DNA of 64,000 bases, taken from positions 12,319,508 to 12,383,507 of the forward strand of contig NC_057751.1 in NCBI RefSeq assembly GCF_004010195.1. The letters run 5' to 3'. The notes under the pieces were generated by a model, which did no database searches, was not told the DNA's origin, and worked only from the letters and a program-made list of their open reading frames with translations. This document shows, piece by piece, positions 26,071 through 38,154 of the stretch (positions are counted from its first letter, which is position 1; the number at the start of each line of letters is the position of its first letter). The DNA is from Chiloscyllium plagiosum. Its lineage: Eukaryota. The position numbers and the translations under genes are program-made.

Positions 26071-28204
26071 GCTTCTCCATTTACAGACTTTTTTTTAACG
26101 TTACCTTAGAATTCAGACAGAGAATTTTCTATCGGTACAGCTTCTGGGAGCAGGCAGGTGAAGCACAGACCTATTATCAAGTGGTATACTCAATGAATCA
26201 TTTTGCAGAAGGTGAAAACTGGAACTCTGTCCAATGTGAGCCCTGAAGCAGCTTTTTGAAACAAGCCTGAAAGACCTTGTCATCTGTGGTCAGTGGAACA
26301 AAGTGTGGCAAATATCCAATCATACTTTCCAAACTTATTGATACAATATGTATGAGGAATAGGATGTGAGGGCTGTGAGTGCACCACAGGCATTGTAATG
26401 CCAGGCATTGTAATGATAAACATCTGAGCTTATCATCATTCATCATTGCCTAGTACTTGGAATTTAAACTCTGCTCAATATCAATGCAATCCTTGTGCAT
26501 AATGTTTGTTGAGGAGAAAGTCTCACCCATGGGAGGTCCTTTCAACTCTTTAAAAATCAGTTCCAGAAGGTTGAAAACCATGTGAGGCTTGGAATTCCGT
26601 CTCCAGAATGCAGGAACTTGGACTGAGGCAACACATAGGTGTCCAATGCTGCACCTTTTCTGTATTGTTCATAATCAAGATGTTTCCAGTTGAAAGCACT
26701 GACTTTACATCTGTAGCAGTTTTGTGTGGCAGTTAAAGAGACTGCAAACTGTTTTAGGTCAAGCGAAGTAAAATAGAAAAAATATTGCACTGGTCGAATG
26801 TAGATCCCTCTCAGCTGACCGTGTATCTTAGTGTGCAACTGCTGAAGCACTCATCTTTAAATTATGATGTTCTAATCCTGTTTTTTGTCTTTGCTTTGAA
26901 AAGGTAATGCAAGACTTGAAACAGGAGGCTTTGGGTTAGAATGGAAAATTCAGGCTGAAATCAAGTGCTTCACAGCAATTTATGAATTGTTATGCATTTG
27001 CTAATGTCTGACACATTAATGCTTCTATTTTCCAAAAGTTCTGATTTTTTTGTACATCAGTTTCACTTAGCAAAACAAATGTTAATGTGTCAAAAGAAGC
27101 TGCTTCTTCAGCTTGGATTAATGTTGTGATGTAAAACTCTGGGCACGCCAACAACTTCGGGCATGCAACAAGTAGAAACCACACTCACACCACATCCACA
27201 AACACTGGCATCTGCACCATCTTGGCACATTTGTGATCCACTTAAGATAAAGTTCTACACTGCCGTGCTGCATTTGAGAGCACACAGTTGCAACATTGCT
27301 GCAAGGTCACTCTGAGTTTGACAGGCACCCAGCTCATGGATTAGACCATCTCAGGGCTACTCACTTGCTCATTTTAGAGCTTACTCATCTGAATGGTTGT
27401 GGCATCTTTGCTTTCTGTGAGAAATGAAGCTCACTCACTTCAATAATTTCAGTCCGAGACAAGATCTGAAGCAATCGGTATTGTTTATTATACGCTTGCA
27501 AGCGTGGTGCCTAAAATAGACACGCAGAGTTTAGCAAGTACATATCTTATATAGGATTCATTTCTCCTTCTCTCCTCCCACTGCTCTAAACCCGGTGCCC
27601 ATTACTATTGTTTATCTCTTGCCTTATCCGGCTTTGTGCATAACAAAGTACAAGTTTTACTCGGCCATTTCACCACATGCTGCTGTGGTCCATTGTTAGT
27701 ATATCCTCCTTCACTGCCATCTGTTTCCCTTACTTGTGACATTTCCTCCCATTCCTCAACCTTATTGAGCCTTATGACCTTTTAATTGAGGTTTGTTTTT
27801 GTTTTTGCAGAATTAGGAACCAAATGCTTATAACTACTGTTTGTACAAGATATCTGACTTAACCTACATCCTTTATCTATTTGTCAGTAACATCTACCAT
27901 TGTTTGCAGGCACATTTCATTCTTGTATGCACATTTTAGCTAATACAAAACAATTATATATTTCCTTCACATAGTTTTCATTCTTGTTGACTCAACTCTT
28001 GGTTGAAACAATTATACGCTGATGTGAGTTCATTTACCTTGCATAAGTAATTATGATTGCAGAAGTATCACGACTTTACCTATATCCCACACTTTCCAAA
28101 CTCTTTCTTTGCCATGCTTTGCCTTTTGGCATAAACACCAGCCCAGTACAGTTTCTTACTGTTGTCTGCATGCCACATTCTCCGTCATTGTTACAATTGC
28201 TTGA

Positions 28205-28470
28205 TGATAGGAGAGAAAGGGTGGTGATAGAGAGTTGTTTTTCAGATTCATGTTTTTCAAGAGTCCTGTGATGAGTGGTGTTCTGCAGGGATCGGTATTG
28301 GGTCCACTGTTGTTCATCATTTATATAAATGATTTGGATGAGAATACAGGAAGCATGTTTAGTAAGTTTGTGGATGACACCAAAATTGGTGGTATCATGG
28401 ACAGTGAAGAAGGTTATCGAAGACAACAATGGGATCTTGATCAACTGGGGTATTGGGCTGAGAAGTAGCA
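28205..28470 (+). mobile_element. CR1 LINE RT core fragment
   Basis: ORF 28235-28468: SGVLQGSVLGPLLFIIYINDLDENTGSMFSKFVDDTKIGG. Confidence 0.92.
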
Positions 28471-28679
28471 CTCATGGAAAAAAGTCCCATCCCTATTCTG
28501 CACATTGAAATTCATTAAGACAATTAACAGTGATTACGTGGATGCCATGGCATCGTCTCTTCTTAACATGGATTCCCATCACAGTTTACTAATTCGCATT
28601 TGTATGTAGCATCTCTGCCTTATAACTTCAAAATGGCAGTTTGATTATGTGTTTTGAAAGTACTTCATTAATTATAAAT

Positions 28680-29375
28680 TTTTAAAATAAGATGAGTAAT
28701 AGATAAGGTAGCTAGGAATTAACTTTTCACCTTGATGGAGGCATTAGTGATTGGGGGAAGAGACTTAAGTTAAGGGGCTGAAGGTTTCGAGAAGATGTGA
28801 TGAAAGACTTTTCTCACCCAGAAGGTCGTGGAACTCTGGAGCTCAAGGTTCCAAGATGCCCATGAGAGTGGTAGGGGCAGAAACCCTCATTTAAGAACTA
28901 TTTCTGGGAGGCATGGTGGCTCAGTGGTTAGTACTGCTGCCTCACAGCGCAGTACTAGGTCCCAGCCCAGGACCTGGGTTCGATTCCAGCCTCGGGCCAC
29001 TGTTCTCCCTGTGTCTGCATGGGTTTCCTCCCACAATCCAAAGATGTGCAGGTTAGGTGAATTGGCTGTGCTAAATTGCCCATAATGCTCAGGGATGTTC
29101 AGTTTAGGTGCATTAGTCAGGAGTAAATGTAGAGTAATAGAGTAAGGAATGGGTCTGGGTGAGTTACTCTTTGGAGGGTCAGTGTGGACTTGTTGGGCCA
29201 AATGGCGTGTTGCCACACTGTGCACGGATTCTATTTCGATGAGCATTTGAATAGACAAGGCACTCCAGGCTATGGACCAAGTGCTAGAAAATGGGATGAG
29301 AATAGTTCGGTAGTTGTTTTTGACCAGTGGGCTGAATGACCATTTTCTGTGCTATAGATCTATGACTCTGTGACA
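28680..29375 (+). mobile_element. CR1 3' fragment interrupted by an HE1-type SINE
   Basis: aagttaagggg...ttctcacccagaaggtcgtggaactctgga before the SINE; ggctatggaccaagtgctagaaaatgggat...ctatgactctgtgac tail after it. Confidence 0.7.
28905..29230 (+). mobile_element. HE1-type SINE nested in CR1
   Basis: ggcatggtggctcagtggttagtactgctgcctcacagcgc...gggttcgattcc head; putative 7-bp TSD ctatttc (28898-28904 / 29231-29237). Confidence 0.88.
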
Positions 29376-29471
29376 CCGATGAAGTTTGTGAAATGTGAAT
29401 TCTTCCTTCATCTTTCTGCTTTTGTGTCCTCACCTTTTGCATCCAGAGCATATGTCTGTTTGAATGACATT

Positions 29472-29649
29472 GTCAAAAAATTCACACAACACCAGATGCA
29501 AGTCCAAAAGGTTTATTTGAAAATGTGAGTTTTCAGAGCTCTGCTCCTTCAATAGCTTATGTTTTCAAATCAACCAATTGGACTATAACCTGGTATCATG
29601 TGATTGTTGATCTTGTTCAACCCAGTCCAACACCAGCACCTCCATAATA
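29472..29649. mobile_element. Mini fold-back Penelope-like element (same family as 1731-1866)
   Basis: Inverted arms cacacaacaccagatgcaagtccaa / ttggactataacctggtatcatgtga, tail cccagtccaacaccagcacctcc; putative TSD tgaatgacatt (29461-29471) / tgattgacatt (29650-29660). Confidence 0.75.
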
Positions 29650-31759
29650 TGATTGACATTAGACAATCATTTTTCCAAGAAAGCAGACCATGGCATGACA
29701 TGACTCACTTTGGAAAAAATGAAATGCCCATCTTTCTAAGTTCATATTAATTCTTAGGATCATTCACAAATTTTGGCCTCCTGTTGGTCAATGGAAAATA
29801 CAGGCAAATTTTCCATTTTTATTTCTCTTCAGACTTAAAGGCGACTCATCAAGTTTCATTAAGCTCTTTAAAGCAACCTATCTGCCATGCTAGGCAGCAC
29901 ACGGTATGCCAGTCTGATCTGGAAATCAAAAGGCAACGCACCGTGTCCATAAATAAGAGGAATCAATCCGAACATGATATCTGTTAAGCAGTGGGATTTA
30001 TTTGTCATAAGATAAGAAGGGAGCCAATGTGTATTTTATCTGCTTAAGCAATTAAAAATTTGAAGAGAATATTCGCCTAACGTTATTAAATGGGTAATAC
30101 TGTCAGTCATTATTCTAAACTAGTCACACTGGCTAATCTTTTGCAACACTGTTGTTCACTGAAACCCTGTACTGAGGCAAGTTTTCCAGAGGAAAAATAA
30201 ATGTGTCTTACTTTGAATTGGGAAGTTTCATTTTGCATAGCAGCACTGCCTATACTTCCCATTTTGAAGGTTTGGGGCTGCCTCAAAATGCGTGCAGTTA
30301 AATATCACAGATGGTAGACTGTAAGCTGTCCTTTTGACAGCTGTCTGCTGAGTACTTGCAGCAGTTTTCAGCAATGGGAAATGTGAAAGAGAGCCCTTTT
30401 GTTTGGCTCCTGTCCACCCTATTTGTCCTCCTCATTGATCACACTTGGTGGAAGTGCTTGCCTGTTTTTTGAGCAGTGACATTTAAATGTGTTGACCATG
30501 TCAGGTTTGCTGAACAGGAGCAACTTGGCTTCTTTGCCAGCACAACGTAGGTTCTGTACTGAGAATTGAACACAAGACCAAGCCTGTTGCATGAGGCAGT
30601 CCAGGCTTGGAACAGTTAACATAATATGTTAACTGATGTCATAACGTAAACTTGAGCGATCAGGACAAAGGACTGTTCCTGGACAGTGCTTACCAGTGTT
30701 GCAGCAATCTCCAGTGTGCTTCAGTGATTAATCTTTGTGCAAACAATATGCAGCTTAAGAAGGCATGTGAGTTTACCCTTCAGTTCAGGCTGATATCTCA
30801 CAGAAGCAATCATGCATTTTAATGGGATAGGACTAGCTCTAATGTAACAAACCTATTTACTCTTCAAGATGATGCTGAAAATCTGCTTTAGACCTTGAGT
30901 AGGTATCTTCCTCACAGGTACCACAGACTAATACCAGTAAGAAGGATTGGTGATGCCAATTCCATTTAAAATATCACAGATGATAGTATGCGTGGATAAC
31001 TGCAATTCGGAATGGCCAATTATGAGATGCTTGCAGAGGTGGGACCTGTTAGCCAATTGTAAGAAAAGCTGACAGTTCAGAGTATAAACAAGCATCATTT
31101 GGATAAGCAATTAAGTTTCATGTCCCTGTTTAAGCTGAAACAGGGAAAGATTCAGCACATACCTTTACATATTTAACAGCAGCACCTGCCTCTGACAAAT
31201 GGGATGGTCAACGCCGCTGGTTCCACCTTTGTTAAAAATGGGAGTATGAAGTTTCAAGTTGCTTCTCAATTTTTGGGCAATGGGGATGGGGGTGACTGTT
31301 AAAACTGCCCCCAATGAATCTACAGAAACCTCTACCTTCTGGCAGACTTCACAGATGTCCTTTCAAAAATGAAATGTGATCAACATTGTGCCCCTCATTA
31401 GAGCTGCCAAATCAATGTAGTTTCTCACAGCAGGAACCAAACCATATTTTTAATATTGCACTGGCTCAGGAAACTTCAGCAAGAGACTGGATCTTACTGA
31501 ACTTTGAACTGTGATTTCAGCATATATTTCATTTAATTTGGCATGCTTTGGCAGCTCTCACTGTCTCCAGCCAAGACTACCAGGAGCTGAATATCTTGAT
31601 CCATGATTTTATGGTCTTGCTGTTTTTCATTCAACTGGTACTTGCTGTGAATTGGTGAAGATGGCAGGGAAGGTTGAGACATTGGTCAAGGAAGCACACA
31701 CGATTTTGGACTTGATTGACAAAGTGATAGAGTACGAAAGCAAGGAAGTCATGATGTTC

Positions 31760-32215
31760 TCACCACCAGACAATTCTTTGGCAGACAGCATTCTGAAGGG
31801 TCATTCCCTCATGAGATCCAGCTTCTCTACTTTATCACCCCCAAGACCACACCCCTTTCTCTGGCATCTTCCCTTGCAATTGCTGAAGGTGTCCTACCTT
31901 TAAAATAGTTGGCTGCACACCCTGTTCACATCGTGTGATCTCCTCTACACTGGGGTGACCAATTGCACACTAGGTGACCACTTTGCTCAGTCCATGAGCA
32001 TGATCTCAACCTTCCAGTCACTTGCCATTTCAATACGCCAACTGCTGTGGTGTAACAGTGAAGCCGGCACAACCTGCCGATTAGGCACTTCTGTAGGTTC
32101 TCTGGACTCTCTTCAGAGCATGAATATCGTCCTCCATTTTTATTCTATTGTTGTCTATCCTCCAGTGCCAGCCTGTCTCTTGTTCTTCTGTGTTTCAGAC
32201 AGAGCTGACCGTTGA
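31760..32215 (+). mobile_element. Very degraded Penelope-like GIY-YIG fragment nested in a CR1 3' fragment (31640-32580)
   Basis: cgtgtgatctcctctacactggggtgacc...taggtgaccactttgc resembles RCGLLYIGET..LGDRFA; flanks are CR1-like. Confidence 0.55.
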
Positions 32216-32645
32216 CTCTTCAGGCAGTTCTTTGTTTGGAGACAAAGGGATTGAGAGACTTCTTGCTGGAGTTCAGAATCACTAGGGGTTAGGTCAATTA
32301 ACTAGAGATGAAATCTTCCCACTGTGGATGAGTTACCACAATTTACGGTAATTGGCAAAAGAACCAAAGGTGGCATGAGGAAACATTTTTTGTGATTCAG
32401 TGAGTGGTTAGAATTTTGAAAACACTGCCTGAGAGTGTGATGGAGGCAGTTTCACTTGATAGCCTCAAAAGGTAAGCTGCTGACCAGGGAACATTTATGT
32501 GGGTGGGTGGGACAAGTTGAGATGTGTTTGCAATGATATGCTGTGACCTTTTCTTGTGCTGTAACCATTCTATGATGCAATGATCGGATAAAAACTTAGA
32601 TCAGCATTCCGCTTCCATTCAGTATCTTCCTTCGAATGTAGCTTG

Positions 32646-33229
32646 TGTGATGATGCTGTCAGTTTAATGAGGCTATTTTATCCTTGGGTTTTTTTTTAAA
32701 GAGAGGTTGTAAAAGCAGAGTTGCCACAGGGTCGCGAAAGAGCCTAATTGAACAATGGCAGGGGATGGTCAGTTCTTCCATTTCAGGCTTTTTCTAGTTT
32801 GGTTTAGCTCTAGCAGTCATAAGATACTGCAGTCCAGAAAAGTTCCAAACTTCAGCAGAAGATTCCTGACTGATTTTTTTTTTTCTTTCTGAAATCTCTT
32901 TGGATGTTGTTCTCTCCTGCCTGTAAAAAATCTGTGTCTCAGTTTATCTTTTTGCTAAGGGTGTGTTTATGGGATGTGACTGGATTGGAACAGCTCCTTA
33001 CTTAAGTTGCTGTATCTGGTTGGTTAAGTTTCCCAATAGTTCAGTTATTCTAAATTCCACTTTCTTATGTTAATGCTTCAACTGTAGTGTTGAAATAAGA
33101 TCTGTTCTGCTTAAAGCCGAGTTGTTTTGCCATCTGCATCACACATAGAACATCCACTACACATCTGCCTTTAAAATAAGAAAATGTTAGGATTTAGGCT
33201 ACCTCCTTAAATTGGCCTGGTCCATAACA
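32646..33229 (+). mobile_element. Solo LTR (584 bp), probably Gypsy-type
   Basis: Starts TGTGATG, ends CATAACA (imperfect terminal inverted repeat), exact 4-bp TSD cttg (32642-32645 / 33230-33233). Strand is tentative. Confidence 0.75.
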
Positions 33230-33399
33230 CTTGCTTGAGATCAGGAACTCAAAACATGCAAGGTTGCAGTGCAAAACAGAAACCTTCCTATTGTGATATG
33301 TTAGGCACCATCAACATGCATCCCTCGACTCTAATATCGCTCTTCAAAGTTCAAACAAGAAACGACAATGTTTACGGAGACACCATTTCTGTAAATTTA

Positions 33400-33648
33400 T
33401 GAATACAAATAAAAAGTGCTGGAGAAACTCGTTTGGTTTGACATCATCCGTGCAGAGAGAAATAGAGTGAATGTTTCAAATCCATTACAACTGTTCTTGA
33501 ATAAATGACTTAGTTTTTAAAAAGAATCAATGGAAATAGAAGTGTTAACTTTATTTCTCTTACCATAGATGCTGCCACACCTGGGTTTCTCCAGAATACA
33601 CTGGTTTTATTTCAGATCTCCAGTATCAACAGTGTTTTTCATTTTTAT
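33400..33648. mobile_element. Degraded mini fold-back Penelope-like element
   Basis: Inverted arms aagtgctggagaaactc...gcagagagaaatagagtgaatgtttc / gaagtgttaactttatttctct...gatgctgcc...tttctccagaata, tail ttcagatctccagtatc. Confidence 0.65.
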
Positions 33649-34099
33649 CCTAGCAATTATACGTGTTGGCTCTTTTTGACCCATCTCGACTGAGTTTCAA
33701 AAGCAATGACTACTTTTGAAATTATGTTGATGCAATTTTTACTTTGTTACTTTTGGCAGTAATTGCAGGTATAACATCCTTGAATGGGCAGTATCTTTGG
33801 AAGGGGAAAGAAAATCCCGACTTGTTCACTTGCTTACAGATGAAAAAGGATGATTGCTTGTGTCTTAGTTCATCCACCCACAGATACCCTGCAGGTCCAC
33901 CATCACAATGAACTCTGTAATTGTTAGAATTTCCCTGAAGTTGTTGGTAAAATGGGGACAAATTTTGACTCTGGCATGCAGTAATTGTGATTACATGCTA
34001 TGGGTGCATTAAAACAAAATACAGTTTGAGAATATCACAAGCACAAAAACCACTGAATTCCTACCAGCTTGCAACACGGCAATAAAGAGTCTGTGATGG

Positions 34100-34240
34100 T
34101 ATCAGCTGTGGCTCAGTTTGGAGCACGTGTACCTATTTGTCTGACAAGATTGTGGGTTCGAGTGCCACTGACAGGACTTGAGAATAATGATCAAGAGTGA
34201 TGGAGTATTGCACTGTTTAGGAGTGCTGTCTTTTGGATCT
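34100..34240 (+). mobile_element. Deu-type SINE 5' part (tRNA head)
   Basis: tggctcagtttgg (A box), gggttcgagtgcc (B box), then ggacttgag...ggagtattgcactgtttaggagtgctgtcttttggat. Confidence 0.65.
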
Positions 34241-34839
34241 GGTACTACTGGTCCAAATCTTCCAGTAAAGTTCAGAAGTAGGAAAAAACAGACAAAAAAC
34301 AGAAATTAACAACTTTTGAGGGATTCTGCATGAAAATTTCTGGGCCAGGAACCCCCTCAGCTGAATTAATCTCGAGCATGACGGGAAACCTCTCAGTCAG
34401 CAGTGAAGTGGATTGATGTTGAGATTTACATCCTTTTTTCACAATTCCTTTTGTGTTCCAGGATTGCCAGACCTTGACACCACTGCCACAACTGGTGTGA
34501 TAAGGAATACGCGTAAACCAAGTAAGGGAGTAGAATACCAGGTGGATGGGAGTCGGGGTGGCATATGAGGGATAGATTGGGATTTCAGGGTGGATGTGGT
34601 AGTTGCGATGCCAATTGAGTGTTATAAAGGATGTCCGGTGAGTCAGTGTACCAGGTGCGTGAAGTAATGACATGTCAGATGGTTGGGCTGGCAGCATGCC
34701 AGGTGGACCATGGCGGGGTTCTATGTAAGTGAGGTTGGGATGCCCAGAGAAATTCTCAAGGGACAATTATCAACACTTCTCTGTTATGCATCAGATTTAG
34801 TGTTAGAAAAGTTTAGAATGTCATTCTTTCTTTCATCAG

Positions 34840-34901
34840 ATCTTGCTTTTGGTGGAAATAAATATCAAAGAAATTCACAGCAGAGAGTTCGAAATGGACA
34901 G
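34840..34901 (+). CDS. Candidate coding exon B (62 nt, phase 1-0)
   Basis: Acceptor tcattctttctttcatcAG; donor CAG|GTGTAA is weak (alternative GT|GTAAGC 2 nt downstream). Reads (D)LAFGGNKYQRNSQQRVRNGQ and bridges the phases of exons A and C. Confidence 0.4.
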
Positions 34902-35489
34902 GTGTAAGCTGATAACAAGTTGGAGCTCCTTTGCATTTTGCTTCCTGCAGCTCAGTCAAAGAACCAGGTAACACGCAAATATGTTGCGTGTGCCCAAACA
35001 ATGGATACAGGCTGAGTTTTGACAGTACAGTCAGTGGGGCACAAATAATTTTTTTCAAGGGTTCTTCCTCAATGATTTTTGTTTGTCTGAGTGGTTTCTG
35101 CTTTCTGGTTTACATCTCTGTAACTTGTTTATTCAATAATGCAGCCATTGCTTTTTGCATTTATGTTAACTGTGTGGAGCATTTGGATTCACACAGATGC
35201 AAAATTATAATTCATTAATCTTCTCAATGATTCCAACCCTGCATTAAATTGAAAGCTACAATGCTCAGGAAATGCATTGGTTTCTCAGATGTAACAATAT
35301 TAACATTGGAATAAGACGACAGGGATAAGTTAGCAAGGAAAGATTTTATTGAAAGAATTGACGCACACTGCTCCACCCTAAAAGCCCTCACCAGAAACAT
35401 ATCTCCTGGTCTGGTGAGGTTACAGCCAATGCACTTCTGTTGCATTTTTACAAAATTGGATTGTTCAATCTCAGCTGTTTTAATGATTA

Positions 35490-36400
35490 ACTCATTGGAT
35501 CACACTGCACACAAGGAGCTCATTTTGGACCATCAGACCTGCTCTGTTACTTTTGAAAGAAATACAGTTAATGCTACTCACCCAATCTATCTTCATACCT
35601 TTTCAATTCTTTTCTGTTTCACATATTTAGCCATATCCATTTTGAAGCTGATATTGAATCCATGACTCTACCCAATCAGGCAGCTCATTCCAAATCTGAA
35701 GCATGTGCTGTGCAAAAACATCTTTATTCCTATGATTTCCGGTTCATTTATGAATCACCTCAAACCTGCGCCCTTCAGCCTTTCGAAAGAGTTCCTGTTT
35801 ATTTATGCTATCTGACACCTTTGTTATTTTAAATGCCTTGATCAAATCTCCTCTGTTACCCTGCATGAAGAGATCATGAATGGCTTATTTAGTCTGTCTT
35901 TGTAATTGTAGTTCTTTGATCACTGGGGCCATATCCACTTCGAAGACTCATACCCCTCATAAATTATGAAGCCTTGAATTGGACCCTGTACTCTAGTTGA
36001 GGCTGAACTTATGTTTTGTATTGGGTCATATTGGTCATATTGACTAATATAATCTACGCCTCCATTTATTAAGCAGAGTATCCAATAAGTTTATGAACTG
36101 CTACATTAACATTTCATGGCATCTCCAAAGATCTGTACACATATGCATTCACCCTCTGTTGTCGTCCACCCTTACACTTATATTGGCATGTAGGTCTTTC
36201 CGTACTCTTGCAGTGTCTCACATTTTGTTCCATTGAATGTATAATTGCTCATTCCAGTGGCCTGTTCCAATCCTCTTGAAGTTTGTTTCTGTCTTCTCTT
36301 TACATTGTTGATGCTGATGCTCAAAGATATAATGCAGTGCATTATCTGAACTCCTCAATTTATGCTTTGTACCCACAACCCTCTTCCAAAATTATTCTAT
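35490..36400 (-). mobile_element. Old degraded CR1 3' region
   Basis: Motifs such as ttttaaatgccttgatcaaatctcctct and gaattggaccctgtactctagttgaggctgaac parallel other minus CR1 copies. Confidence 0.5.
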
Positions 36401-36537
36401 ATAATCTGATTCTTGGAACTGATTAAATATAATTCTGGTCAGAAAGGTTGGTCAAAATGCTACGTCATGATGATATTTTTGCACCGGTTCCATTCAGGAC
36501 ACAATTGGCATCAAATGGGAAAAGACCTATCCAACAC

Positions 36538-36745
36538 AGATCAGTTGGCTGGATGGCCAGTTAGTGACAGAGTGATGCCAACACCATGGATTCAATTCTG
36601 GCTGAGGTTTGCGTGAGCTGCTAGTCTTCTCAATGTGTCCCTTCACCTGAGGCATTGTGACCCTGAGGTTAAACCACCATCAAGCATCTCTCTAATGAGA
36701 GAACAACTCTGTGGTCTGAAACGTTGACCATGACATTTTCCTTTA
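36538..36745 (+). mobile_element. tRNA-derived SINE (family shared with 53812-54028)
   Basis: Shared body cccttcacctgaggcattgtgaccctgaggttaaaccaccatc...tctctctaatgagagaaca; B-box-like ggattcaattct. Confidence 0.65.
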
Positions 36746-38069
36746 TCGATGGAATATTTCTGTAATTGATGCACTTAGCATCAGAGCAATGAAGTACATA
36801 TAACTCAAAATCCCTAAGACGGCCATATATTCACAATTTAAACTTGAACATCACTGCAAGGTAAGCTGGGATTACAATTAAAGAACTCCTTGATAATTAA
36901 CTGAAGGAAATGTGACGTAACTACTCTGACTGGGAGACAAACGTGTAAGGAAGAACTACTCTGGTGCGTGACCTCAAGTTGTGGGGTTCCTTCCTTTTAA
37001 GGTTTTGAACTGACAAGTCCTCACCAAGTCAGACAATTTACCATCACTCACAAAGAAGTCTAAAATTAGGCTCCACTGTCAAATTTGAATGTGCAACAGA
37101 TGACCAGATGCAACCATCTTCAATAACAACGAGATGTGACCATCTTTGGTAATAATGTTGCTGCAAGCAAAATGAAGATTGTTCAATTGTAGGATATTGT
37201 AATAAGATGTTGCCATCAGTCTGTCATCATAGATATGTCAGCTGGGTGCTGATGCTGAACGTGATGGTATTGGATCTGAAGCTTGCATGCCAATCATTTA
37301 ATGACCACTTTAATTTTTGGGGCTTGTAATGCAAGAACGTACATGTTGCATTTGTCATTACACAATTCTCCAATTGAATAAACTTGGCATTATTGTCCTG
37401 CATGTAGCTCCAATCATTTAATGGAATTTGAGGATTGCTTTATTGTCTTAATTTCCAAGAAGCCTATGAAGTTATTTATAATTTTATTGAAAAGTAAATT
37501 TTTCAAGTAAAGTTCTTTGCAGGTGAAAACACAGCATCTATAAAACTTATTAGTTTTCAATTGGCACAACTTCTGCTCCCTTTGTTGTGCCATGTGATTT
37601 GATTCCAAAATAATGAGGTTTGCAATGGAAATCTATACAATTATTCTGCAGTACCATCCAGGAAGTCACCATCCAACACACACTTCATGCTGTTCTGACC
37701 AGGTGAGGAAAGATGAACCAGCTCCCCTCCTTTATGTTTAAACAGCCTTTGTTGGTTGTTGCAAATGTTTAAATGTCTGTCCTAATACAAGGCTATTTGC
37801 TTTCTCTAATGAAAATACAGTCGACATTGGGAAGCTGCATCAGTAGGGAACCAATTAGAATATTTTCTTGAGTGAAAGAGAGCAAGTTTATTCTATGTTC
37901 ATCTCATGAAAAATACTAGACGTGTGATGTTAAGCATTCATGCGCATAGGTATAAACGTGAAAAGGATAGTGTCCTGTGCAAAAGGAAGATTCAAGGAAT
38001 ACACAATTTAAAGTCATAATGTACAAGGTTTTAACCTGTTGAATAATAACTCCAACATCCGCAGTATTT

Positions 38070-38117
38070 TGTGTGTGTGTGTGTGAGTGAGTGAGAGAGA
38101 GAGAGAGAGACACACAC
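38070..38117. repeat. Compound (GT)n-(GAGT)n-(GA)n-(CA)n microsatellite
   Basis: Directly visible. Confidence 0.95.
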
Positions 38118-38154
38118 TGGAGTGCATTCTGGTCACCTGCAGTGTGACATGAAC

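Noticed and set aside
26087..26157. Exon candidate LFFNVTLEFRQRIFYRYSFWEQA
   Set aside because: Good acceptor but weak donor and incompatible phase with neighbouring candidates; it also abuts a SINE remnant.
34951..34967. 17-nt micro-exon candidate (ttttgcttcctgcAG ... CAG|GTAACA) that also bridges phase 1 to 0
   Set aside because: Only ~49 nt from candidate exon B and too short to support without RNA data; it remains a possible alternative to B.
37085..37220. Recurring agatg..accatctt motif resembling a spaced repeat array
   Set aside because: Only 2-3 degenerate units with irregular spacing; not CRISPR-like, and the DNA is eukaryotic.
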